Part shown: positions 35,936 to 47,100 of the stretch, one piece after another
How the letters are laid out: each line of letters opens with the position of its first letter
How positions within the stretch are numbered: the stretch's first letter is position 1
DNA from: Azolla caroliniana
Lineage: Eukaryota > Plantae > Polypodiophyta
Assembly: GCA_043228905.1 (NCBI GenBank)
Contig: JBHGNT010000020.1
Location: forward strand, 1,984,001-2,048,000
DNA length: 64,000 bases
Reading direction: 5' to 3'
The notes under the pieces: model-generated
What the model saw: the letters and a program-made list of their open reading frames with translations, nothing else
Databases searched by the model: none
What the model was told of the DNA's origin: nothing
Program-made: the position numbers and the translations under genes

Positions 35936-38095
35936 ATGCACAAACTCGAAAAAGGCACCAGAATGCACAGACAAAAACCATTGCGCGTAGAGACCCTCTA
36001 CTTTCGCGAACCCAGGAGCACAGAAGCACCGAAACGCTGCAAGATTATCAGAAGAGAACCTGCGCACAGAGAACCACCGCCTTCTGAACTCTCTCTTTCT
36101 CAACCCCGCTCTCATCACCATCCATCCTCGTCACCGCAATCCAACCCCGACACAGAAATGGACCCGCAAACGTTGTCGGAAGCCGCCAAGACATGGCTGA
36201 AGCAACACGGGCTCGAGGGCTTCCTGATGATGATGGAAGTACCACCACACAAAGAAGCCGACAAAGTGATCAAGGAAATCGATACAGAGGTCATAACGGC
36301 AGAGGCGATTCGAGCGTTAACTGGCCTTCCGGAGGGAGGCATACTCACGATCGACAATCCAACCCCGGAGCAACTCATCAGGTATTTTGGTGAGTACTCT
36401 CTAGCCAGCAAGGGCTACCGGACACAGGGCGGCGGAGATATGTTGTTCTGCGAAATTGCTCGTGTGCTCCATGAATACGGCCACGTATACCCGAGACCCC
36501 CTGTCATGCCGCAGAACCGGGCAGGTATGATCATCGCCACCTATGAAGGGATCAAGGTGGATTGGCCAGTATTGATTGCAGACGGGTTGTGTGCGGCGAT
36601 CGAGATCGTCAGAGGCAAAGACGACAAAGAAGGCCGAGACGGACGAAGGATATGGCACGCCGTAACGCAGTGGCTCACCTTGCTGGTGCCACCCGTTCAG
36701 ACCGTCCAGTCCAAGAAGCGAGGAAGAGTTCCGGACGGCACACCAAGGACGGCTTCCAAATGGCAACAGTTGTTGGCCTCGAAGACCACTAAGGGAAAGG
36801 CGGTGGATGCAGAACAGGCGGCAGCAGGAAGCGGAAACCGGAAGCGCCCAACGGAGGCGCAGGAGGAACCACCGGCACGGCCCGTAAAGGTCACACTCTG
36901 CCGACCGGTGAATCGAGAAGTGGACCCCTTGGCGGCAAAACTCAATGCCGGAGCTCAGGAGGAGGAAATAGAGGAGGACCCTACGGAGCACCTCCAGCGA
37001 CGGTTGTCGGCAAGGACCGTTGAGACAGCCGGGAAACGTGCGGACCCTCAGATAGAGGGAACACCGGCTCCCCAGACTGAGACTCCCATGCCAAGGAAGG
37101 AACCGGAACCGGTGCAGATGGCACCAGAAACAGAAGCCTCGGCACCACCGGCAACACCGGCAAGTCCCATCCCGCCAGAGCCGGGAAGGTCACTGCAGCC
37201 TCCCTCGGTCAGCCAAGAAGAAGCGCAAGGGGAACCAGGACAGCAGGATGGTCCACGGGCAGTAAAGGAACTGCAACTCGGCACAACCAGGCGGGACCAA
37301 CCCTCTACAAGTGAGCCCATCTATCAAACCTCCGTGCAAGCACAACAAGGCACCGGTAGCCTGCGGCTCCGGTGGATAGGCAAACAGATAGCCGGAGCAG
37401 TGGGGTATATAGAGGCGGAAGAAAGAGCGCAAAGCGAACGGTTGCTCGTCACAACCGAACAACTAGAGACGGCCCGGTCCAGAATCCGGTGCCTTGAAAA
37501 AGATTTGGATCAGGTCACGACAAAGATGGCCAAAATACGGATCCAATCACCGGTGACTCCGGTAAGTGTACAGAAAGAAACGGAACGACCTATACATAGC
37601 AATAAGACCCCGGCAACGGAAACCGTTCCGGCGAGAGATGCGGCGCAAGCTCGGGAGCTTGCGGAATTGAGAGAGGAACTTGCTGCACAAGAAGCGCTAA
37701 GGAGCCGTGAACGAGAATTGAAGTCGGCGGCCGAAGCCGAAGTAAAGAAGACTGTTGAGAACCTCCGTCGGGCAGAGGAGAGCCTCCGGAAAGGCCATCA
37801 AGCGTACGACCGCCTAAAGGAAGAGAAAGACAAAGTGTTGCAGGACAAGGACAAGCTGCTAAAGGAAGAGCTCCGCCAGCAGAAGGACCGCGAGGACCGG
37901 GCCCGTCGTCAGATCAACGCACGGCTCAAGCAAAAGACGGATGATTTTGAGCACCTGCACCGGGACTACAAACGGTTGGAAACGGAGCATAAAGAACGGA
38001 TGGCCGAGCTCCAGCAGGCAGTTGATCGGGCCGCAACGGCAATCGCATTGGAGCCTCTCGAACAAAGCATTCTGGACATTTTGGACGAAGAATAG
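35936..38095 (+). CDS. Extra ORF of Gypsy E, 719 aa: N-terminal globular domain (plant-mobile-domain/plant-transposon-protein-like), P/A/E-rich linker, long coiled coil
   Basis: Uninterrupted ORF between integrase and the 3' LTR, with motifs ITAEAIRALTGLPEGG and VDWPVLIADGL and an E/K/R-rich heptad C-terminus. An alternative start is at 36158. The domain assignment is by resemblance only. Confidence 0.75.
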   Translation: MHKLEKGTRMHRQKPLRVETLYFREPRSTEAPKRCKIIRREPAHREPPPSELSLSQPRSHHHPSSSPQSNPDTEMDPQTLSEAAKTWLKQHGLEGFLMMMEVPPHKEADKVIKEIDTEVITAEAIRALTGLPEGGILTIDNPTPEQLIRYFGEYSLASKGYRTQGGGDMLFCEIARVLHEYGHVYPRPPVMPQNRAGMIIATYEGIKVDWPVLIADGLCAAIEIVRGKDDKEGRDGRRIWHAVTQWLTLLVPPVQTVQSKKRGRVPDGTPRTASKWQQLLASKTTKGKAVDAEQAAAGSGNRKRPTEAQEEPPARPVKVTLCRPVNREVDPLAAKLNAGAQEEEIEEDPTEHLQRRLSARTVETAGKRADPQIEGTPAPQTETPMPRKEPEPVQMAPETEASAPPATPASPIPPEPGRSLQPPSVSQEEAQGEPGQQDGPRAVKELQLGTTRRDQPSTSEPIYQTSVQAQQGTGSLRLRWIGKQIAGAVGYIEAEERAQSERLLVTTEQLETARSRIRCLEKDLDQVTTKMAKIRIQSPVTPVSVQKETERPIHSNKTPATETVPARDAAQARELAELREELAAQEALRSRERELKSAAEAEVKKTVENLRRAEESLRKGHQAYDRLKEEKDKVLQDKDKLLKEELRQQKDREDRARRQINARLKQKTDDFEHLHRDYKRLETEHKERMAELQQAVDRAATAIALEPLEQSILDILDEE

Positions 38096-38587
38096 CAAGG
38101 GTCGGTTGTGGATTCGACGTACAAGGTACTGTCCCACGGGCGTGCCATGTGTTACCGGCCGGCAAAGGAGTCCAGAGTGGGAAACGGAGAGCTAATTAAG
38201 TAATAGGAATGTGGTTGTAATTAAGCTATGAGTGTGGACGGACGGACCGGAATCGGTATGCCGTTCCGGATCCGGACCGATCCCGAACAGGTGCGGATGG
38301 CACCGTTTTGTAATACAGACCGGAAACCTATTTAAAGGCCCGGCTACAATGTAATAGTTAGCGGTTAATTAATGAAAGCTTAAGCGTTGTTATATCTCTG
38401 TGATAATTGCTGTTCTGTCTTAATTGTTATATCTTACGCATGTTATGAAGACGATCCTAATAAGTAACTTAACTAAGTCGGATTAAGCGTTGAAGTCTAA
38501 TCCGGTTGCCGTAACACCCTTTGGTGAAGTGTCTCCCGTAGACACCTTGTGTTAGGCCATTGTTCGGCCCGAAGAGTTAACACGGGG

Positions 38588-40967
38588 CGCCCTTCTCTCT
38601 CTGAGAGGATATCTCCGTCTTCGGGCTTCGGTAACCAAGTCCTCCACTTGCTCTTCATCCGAATCCGATTCAAGGTCTTCGCCGGTTCCGGTTTCAGCTT
38701 CCACTACTCTTCTTCAGCCTGTTCGATATCCTCACCGTAACCAGCTGGTCCCTCGAGTGTTAACCGATCTCTTGCCGGTCGACTCGGAGTTCATTATATT
38801 CTTCTCCGACTCCCAGTCGGCGAGCGTCTTGTCCTCCATGAAGATAATATCTCCACTCCGGAATACCTTCTTGTCGACCAGGTCCCACACTCGGTAGCCG
38901 AACTCATCGTCACCATAACCGAGGAATATGCATGGCCAGGTCTTTGGATCTAACTTTCCTCTTCGATCCTTAGCTACATGCACATACGCGAGACACCCGA
39001 ACACCTTCAAATGCCGGTAGGATACTTCCTTACTGGTCCACACTCTCTGTGGCGTGTCTCCGTCCAAGGGTACTAAGGGTGATCTATTTATCACATATGT
39101 CACCGTCGACAGTGCCTCAGCCCAAAACTTCTTGGGTAGTTTTGCATGCGCTAGCATACTCCGGACCCTCTCCATTATGGTCCGGTTCATCCTCTCGGCC
39201 AGCCCGTTTAGTTCCGGCTTATTCGGCATGGTAAATTCAAGCCGGATTCCCTTCGAGCGGCAGTACTCCTCGAACTGCCCCCAGTATTCTCCTCCGTTAT
39301 CTGCTCGAACCGCCTTCAGCTTCTGGCCGGTTTCTCTTTCCACTCTCGCGTGGAGCTCTTTGAAGACGGATAGCACCTGATCCTTCGTCTTCAACGGTGT
39401 GGCCCACAGCTTCCGGCTATGGTCATCTATGAACGTCATGAAGTACTGCGCTCCGGCATGTGACTTCGTGTCTACTTGACACACATCTGTATGCACCAAC
39501 TCCAATGGTGCATTATGTCTCATCGGTGGCCTTGGTCGGAAGGAGGTCCGGTTTTGCTTACCGGCCAGACAGTGAGTGCACTTCTCCAAGTGCACGTTCT
39601 TCACTGCAATGAGGATGTCGTTTGCAAGCCTCTTCATCCCCTTCTCTCTCATATGACACAGCCTCTTGTGCCATAGCTCACCGGCAATGTCGGATGCCAC
39701 GTTTACTTCTTCCGAACATAACCAGGCATTCATCAGGTACAGTGTGTTTACCTTCCGGACCCGAGCCACGATCATGCTTCCTTTGCTGAACTTCATAACA
39801 CCATTCTGGATGCTACTCGTGTAGCCTTCATCATCTAGCCAATCGGCTGATATCAGGTTCAGACGAACCTCCAGAACATGTCGGACGACTTTCAGCAACA
39901 ACTTGCATCCGGTTGGTGTTGTCAGCCACACGTCTCCTATGCTGACAATTCGGCATGTACCTTCATTCCCCATCCGGACACAACTGTGATCACCGACTGC
40001 GTAGAATGAGAAGCATTTCCTATCTGGGGTAAGGTGGAACGACGCTCCGGAGTCTACCACCCAGGTCATCTCGTCACCGGAAAGGTTATTCTCACTCTCC
40101 TCGATGATGAGCATCAACTCTTCTTCACTTGCCGCGATTACCGTCGTTCGCTTCCGGTCTGTCCCCCTCCGGTCTTTACCGTTCCGGTCCGGGGTCCGCT
40201 TCGAATCGGTACCGTTGGTTTCCTTGTCTTTTCGGAAATGCCGACAGTTCTTTTGGAAGTGTCCCGGCTTGCCGCAATAGAAGCAAGTAGGCCTCCCCCT
40301 TGGCTTTGACCGTGTCCCCGACTTCTCCCGGTTCTGGGGACTACGGTTTCTGTGTCTTCCGCGTTCCGATTCGGTAAGGAGCGCTTTGGAGTCGGAGCTC
40401 GTATCTTTATCTTTCCGACGCGCCTCCTCATCTAGCAAGCTCGACTTTAATCTTGCTAGGGATAACCGCTTTCCTTCCGCCCAAAGTGACAACCAACGTC
40501 TCCCAGCTATCCGGGAGGGAACCGAGCAGGAGTAGCGCTAGTACCTCATCGGCGAGAGGTACTTCCAATGAAGTTGCCTGGTGGATCAGCCCCTGGAAGG
40601 CATTCATGTGCTCCGCCATGCTAGAGCCATCTTGGTACTGGAGTCTTACTAGCTTCCGGAATACCGAAACTTGATTAACAACATTTTTGTTCTGAAACAT
40701 AATGTCGATCTTCTCCCAGAGCTCATGAGCCTTGCTCTCTTCATTGAAGTTGTTGTATAGGCTCATGTCGATGAAGCACCGTATGTACGCCGTTGTCTTC
40801 ATGTGCATCACCTCCCATATTGTGGCATCGATTTTGTCCGGTCTCTTGTCCCCGAACTTAACCGGTAGCCAAAGATCTTTAACCACGAGCATATCCCTCA
40901 TCTTCGACTTCCACACTGAATAGTTGGATCCGGTGAGCTTGAACATGCCGCCCAACGATTCATCCAT
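38588..40967 (-). pseudogene. gag-pol: gag-PR-INT of A3
   Basis: ORFs 40428-40967 (MDESLGGMFKLTGSNYSVWK) and 38732-40492 (CFYCGKPGHFQKNC, VVDSGAS, integrase). Confidence 0.92.
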
Positions 40968-40996
40968 TTTCTGTGTCGTCTCGCTCTGATACCACT

Positions 40997-41755
40997 TGAC
41001 GTGAACTACACACTCCCTGTACGCAACGCTCGGCTACAACCGAGCTTAGAATCATACATAGAAAACGGGAAGCGAAAAACACAACACAAAGGAGAGAAAA
41101 AAAATACGCAGGATGTTTAACGTGGAAAACCCTGAGAGGGAAAAACCACGGGATTCCACAAACTCCAAACTATCACTATATCACAATGATTACAACAGTG
41201 AGCTCACGGAGGCAACGACCTCGCGCTCACGACCTTCGTCACAGGCGGCGGTTACAACAGAGGCAACGACCTCTTCCTCTCTCTCTCACTCTCTGTACAC
41301 TGTTACGCGCTCTCTCTTCTTGCACCAACAAGAATGACAACAACCACTAAAAGTTTGCCCTAAGTCATATTTATACTAATATGACTTTCCGGCTATTTAC
41401 AAATATAGCTTCGATGGACTCTCAAAAACATATTTACGAATATGTCTCTTCATCCGGTGAGCATTCCTCACCGGGTCTACACCATCCAGCTCTCCGCAGC
41501 CGGGTACTTCTCATCCGGTTCTCACCGGGTCTGCACCACCCGGCTCTCCGTAGCCGGGTACTCCTCATCCGGTTCTCACCGGGTCTGCACCATCCGGTTC
41601 TCCGTAGCCGGGTACTCCTCATCCGGTTTCCCACCGGGTATGTACCATCCGGCTCTCCGTAGCCGGGTACTCCTCATCCGGTTTCGGCCTCGGCCGAGTT
41701 TGTTCATCAACATTGTTCTCCTCCCTTCCCATCCGGAGGGACTTGTCTCCCAACA
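40997..41755 (-). repeat. 5' LTR of A3, containing a 54-bp array
   Basis: TGACGT...CCCAACA; partner at 27292-28028 shows about 10 substitutions and a 14-bp indel in the first ~240 bp. Confidence 0.92.
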
Positions 41756-41760
41756 CCTCG

Positions 41761-43505
41761 CACCCGGTAATTCTCGGCGAACCGTACATTACGGCAGCAC
41801 GCATGGAGACGAAAGTACTAGACAACGGTTTGGCGTATGCGTGCGTCAAGAGCCAAGATGGTCAGCATTCCATCCAATTCATGACAGTGCAACCCAACCA
41901 CGAGAGAAACCGCGAGACCCTCGGCGGCGACAACCGAGGGGATTTTTAGAGAGGGCTATCAAGGCATGGGGCTGTGATAGTCCAGACACCCCGGAAGAAC
42001 CCCACACCTGTACCATAGATAGGAAATTTTAGTTCTCCAGTAGCGGAGGTTGTACGATAACCAGCGTAGCTGGCCGGGAAAAGAAGCGGGCGGAAGAGCG
42101 ACTTCGGGCATGCAGAGTCCTCGTCCCTAAAGAGGAAATCAACGGAGCCGTGGAGGCAGTCTCTTTCGATGACACCTTGGGGGAGTTACGGGAGGTGCTC
42201 AGAGAAGGCGTTAGTGAGGACCAGACGATTCCAGTATGTTCGGAAGAGATGTACGAAGTCATCGCCGACTTCGGTAATGGACTCGAGTCGAATCGGATGG
42301 CCCGAGTGGATACGAAGTACAAGACTATGGATCGGAAGGTGAGGCCAATCGCGGCACCCTTGCCGGAGTGCAGCGAGTTACGGATAGAAGGGGTCGCGTC
42401 GGACCCAAGTTTACGAGATCCGGCCAGCATAGGACACATGTTCACCAACATAACGCTACGGGAGCTCAAGATCGGTGGGGGTGGCTTCCTACTGCCGGCG
42501 GAAGAAGACCGGTTTTGGAGAATGCTCGGAAGGCACGGGAAGGCCTTCGCATTCTCGTCGGAGGAGATCGGGTGCGTAGACCCGACGATCGTCGAGGCAA
42601 TGGTGATCTTCACGGTACCGCATGTGTCGTGGAATCTCAAACCGATTCTGGTGCCCAGAGCTCACATCCCGAAGTTGATGGAGCTACTGAAGCAGAAGGT
42701 GGATATGGGCATCCTCGAACCGTCGAGTGCCCCATACTCGAATCTGTGGTTCATGGTGCCAAAGAAGAACGGCACGTTGCGCTTCATATAGGACCTGCAA
42801 CCGGTCAACAAGGTGACCATCCGTAACGCAGGAATCGGGCCGACCATAGACGAGTTCGCGGAGGTCTTAGCCGGAAGGTCTATCTATTCGGTCGGTGACT
42901 TATACTTGGGGTACGACCAGTTCCAACTAGCCGTAGAGAGCAGGGACATCACGACAATGCGGACTCCTCTAGGCTTGGTGCGGATGTGTACCCTACCGCA
43001 AGGAGGAACGAATTCGGTGGCGCACATGGTGAACGCAATGAACAAGGTGCTGAGGGACTGCATCCCGGACATCACTATGTCGTTCCTAGATGACGTACCA
43101 ATAAAAGGGTGTCCAGTGGAGGATGCAGACAAAACAGTCGGGCCGGACGGATGCCGGAGGTTCATCGTGAACCACATCCGCGACTGCGAGGAGGTGCTAC
43201 ATAGACTCGAGAGCGCGTGGCTCACCTTCTCCGAAGAGAAAGCAACGTTCGGGCAGACGGAGATCCTGGTAGTCGGACACCTGTGTTGGCCCCATGGCCG
43301 GAAACCGTCCCCAGCGAAGGTAGAAGCCATCTCCGCGATGAAGGATGATTGTGGATCGGTTACGGAGGTCTCAAAGGTTCCTGGGGGCATGTGCCTTCTA
43401 TCACAGCTGGATTCCGCACTACGCGCATGTCGTGGAACTGCTCTACGGGTTGTTGAAGAAAGGGCGCCGGTTCGAATGGAGGACGGAGCACACGGAGTCG
43501 GTCCA
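41761..43505 (+). pseudogene. pol: D'' piece 3: protease end and reverse transcriptase
   Basis: TKYKTMDRKVRP, FMVPKKNGTLRFI*DLQ, LPQGGTNSVAH, SFLDDVPIKG motifs. Confidence 0.88.
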
Positions 43506-44163
43506 TGTGAAATATTGTTTGCAGAAGCATTAGAAAGAACAATACAGAGAGAGAGAGAGAGTACGCGGGAGAGACAGAGAGTGAGAGAGCAAAACACACT
43601 ATTTTTTCAAAATTATATGAATACTCTGTGCTCCTCTTATTTTTACAACGCGCTCATCAACGCTATTTATACAAATCCACACGGGACTGTTAGAAGTACG
43701 GTGTACTTCAATGCTCACACGAGCATCTGACACTAACTACGAGACTATAACTGCCTAGTAGTCTAACCTATACTAGGCTTCCGGTTACGGATTGGATCCG
43801 GCATACTGGCTCCTCTTGCTTACCTGTCCTTACTGGTTATTGAGCCGATCCGGCTCCAGTTGAGCTTGCCGCTCAACACTCCCCCTCAAGCTCAACCTCT
43901 GTGGCAGCCGGTTTTTCCAACCAACTTCTCCTGGCGTCGCGTTGCCTTGCTCGCGCTCCTTGTCTGGTCCGGTCCCGTATGCCACGACCCCTTTGGTTCT
44001 ACACGCCTCGAGCTTCGGCATGTCTGCTCAATAGGCCCATCTCAGCTCCTTCGCTGCTATGACTCTGGCGCTTGCCGATCCGTCAGTTCCACCGCGATGG
44101 CATCGACTTCTGCTGCGTCTGTGTCTCCTTGGCCTCTCGTTGATCCGACTCATCTGGATCCTT

Positions 44164-47100
44164 CTATTGATCCGAATCGGCTGTCTCCGACTCGTTCCAA
44201 CTCTTGTCTGAATTGGTATCCTCTGATTCGATTTTCGGCTTCAGGCCTCTCACCACATCGGACCACGTCCAAATCTTGGCCTTCTCCGTGTTTCCCTTGG
44301 CTTCTTCAGCCAGTTCACCGACTTGTTCGGATTTCTTGTCTCCACCTCTACCGGTTCTTCTCTTACCTACGGGTTCAACAGTTTTACCTTTGCCCGTTTC
44401 AGTAGTGTCTTTGCCCTTGCGTCTCCCCCTCAAGTGCGGCACGTCGAGATGCTGAACACCAAGCATTTCGGTAAAGTGCTGCAACTTGTCCGTCTGGAGC
44501 GGCTTGGTGAAGATGTCGGCAACTTGCCGATCCGTGTGAACATACCGTAGTTCAACTTCACCGCTTAGGACCCGCTCACGCACGAAGTGATAATGCACTT
44601 CTATGTGCTTTGTGCGAGCATGGAACATAGGGTTCTTGGCGAGCTGCATGCTGCTGAGGTTATCGCAGTAGATCAGGATCGGGGTCGGTTCCTCGATCCG
44701 CAGGTCTTGAAGTAGCCGCCGAAGCCAAATGGCTTCGCAGATGGCAATGGTTGCGCCCTGGTATTCAGCCTCAGTGCTGGATAGAGCCACTGTTGGCTGC
44801 TTTTTGCTGCTCCACACAACAGCCGCGCTCCCAAGAGAAAACATAAAGCCGGAAGTTGAGCGATGATCCATTGCATCGCCAGCCCAATCGGCATCCGTGT
44901 AGCCGACAAGCTCTTTGGTTATCCCTTGTCGTTATAAGAGCCCCCAGTCCTCAGTGCCGCTTACATACCTCAGTATTCGTTGCACGCACTGAAGGTGTTC
45001 CATGGTCGGCTTCTGCATGAATTGGCTTACCACTCCGACCGGATAGCTAATGTCGGGTCAGGTGATGGTCAAGTAGATTAGGCTTCCGACTATTTGTCGG
45101 AACCGTTTCTCATTGCAGGCTGGTCCGGAGTTGGGACGGATCTTCTGATTCCGGTCCAGGGGTGTGGAGATAGGTCGGCATTCCGTCATGCCGAACTTGT
45201 ACAGTATATTCAACACATAATGGCGTTGAGAAAGCAATATGTCGTCGGGGGTACGGATCACCTCGATCCCCAAAAAATAATGAAGGTCGCCCAAGTCCTT
45301 CATATCGAATGCGTCCGACAACTGGGACTTGACGCGGTTGATTTCCGGAAGACCTGGGCCGGTGATGACTAAATCATCAACATAGAGTAAGATACATACC
45401 GGACCGTTTGAGCCTTGACGGATGAATAGGGAAGAGTCCGACTTAGAGGCAACAAACCCCATCTTTCGCAACCGGTGCGTGATCTTATCATTCCAAGCAC
45501 GGGGGGCTTGCTTCAAGCCATACAACGACTTCCTCAGCCGGCATACCGCCGACTTGTTCACCTCCAACTGAAATCCGGGGGGCTAAGTCATAAAGACTTC
45601 TTCTTCAAGATCTCCTTGAAGGAAGGCATTCTTCACATCCATCTGATGAAGATGCCACCCCCTTGCCGCAGCAACCGCCAATACCACATGAACCGTCGTC
45701 ATCTTCGTTACAGGAGCGAAGGTCTCGTCGTAGTCGATTCCGTGGGTCTGCGCATATCCCTTCGCCACTAACCAGGCCTTGTACCGGTTAACTGTACCGT
45801 CAGCATTGTACTTTACCTTGTACACCCACTTGCATCCGATCGGTTTACAGTGACGGGGAGGGTCAACCAGGTCCCAAGTTCTGTTGGCATCCAGTGCCCG
45901 CATTTCTTCTTCCATAGCGGCACGCCAATTTGCGTCCTTTGCCGTTTCTGCGTAGCTCACCGGCTCACGCACTTCCGCGACCTTGGTCATGTACGCATAA
46001 TGATGTGCCATGTGCTCATTATACCCGTACCATTTAACAGGATCCTTCTGGCGGGTGGACCGGCATAACTCACCGTTACCTGGTATGAGACCCTTCTTGG
46101 CCGGTTCGGTCTTCGTTCCCGAAGATCTGCCTATGTCCTTGTCGAAGTCAAATACGCACCGATCTGACTCATCATTGCCGGTCTCGAATTCCGGCATCTT
46201 CTACTTCCCTTTCTCTTTGTGTGTGAACCGTCTCCTCGGTTCCTTGCGCGGGGAGAGCACGACAGAGTCTCTACTGCTCGCCGTCTCATCATCTGACTGG
46301 TTGGACTAATCCAGTCTCTCATTCGGTCCGCTTAACCGAAACGATTCCGGACTCTCATCTTGAGTCCCGGCTTCATCTTTCTCTGCCTGGGCCAGTTCAA
46401 GCTCACTAGCCCCATCCTCCGACATCAGGTCGGGATCGAAAGTCGGAGTCGGTAAGGAATACCACGATGTTGATTCATCAAACTTGACATCTCGGCTGAC
46501 TCGGACCTGCTTCGTCCGGGGGTTATAACACTTATACCCCTTTTGCTCTTGAGCATAGTCGACTAGGATGCATTTTTCTGATTTTGCATCCAACTTTCTC
46601 CGCTTCTCATCCGGCACATGTACATAGGCTATGATGCCAAATATCCGGAGGTGTCTCAAATTCGGCTTGCGCCCGAAATATAGCTCGTGAGCTAACACCT
46701 TGTCCCCAATCCGGTTCTAGATGTAAACGGCCGTATGGACCGCCTCCGCCCAGTAGAACTTGGGCATGCTCTTTTCCTCCAGCATTGCCCTAATTGCGTC
46801 AATCAGCGACCGATTCTTCCTTTCGGCCACACCGTTCTGTTGCGGTGTGTATCTACAGCTGAATTCTCGCCGAATTCCTTTTTGTTGCAGATAGTTGTTG
46901 AATTGGCTGGAAAAGTACTCTTTTCCGCCATCCGACCGTAGGCATTTGATCTTCCTCTCCGATTCCCGTTCCACCATCTTCTGGAGGCTCTGAAAACACT
47001 CAAAGACTTCGCTCTTCCGCTCAATGAGGTAGATCCACGTATGCCGTGTGTAGTCGTCGATGAAGGAGACAAAATATCGACTCCCGCCAATGCTAACATT

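Larger units (their letters stand above)
29577..38582 (+). mobile_element. Ty3/Gypsy non-chromovirus element E with an extra 3' ORF
   Basis: 433-bp LTRs at 29577-30009 and 38150-38582 (about 8 differences seen). TSD CGGGG at 29572-29576 and 38583-38587. Domain order PR-RT-RH-INT, no chromodomain. Confidence 0.95.
22131..41755 (-). mobile_element. Copia family A copy A3 (full length, older), host of B1 and E
   Basis: TSD CCTCG at 22126-22130 and 41756-41760; removing it restores the host protease QETSS|HPVILGEP. 5' LTR 40997-41755; 3' LTR 22131-22139 plus 27292-28028; PPT 28031-28037; Met PBS 40983-40994. Confidence 0.93.

Noticed and set aside
35936-38095. env gene
   Set aside because: No signal peptide or transmembrane stretch is visible.
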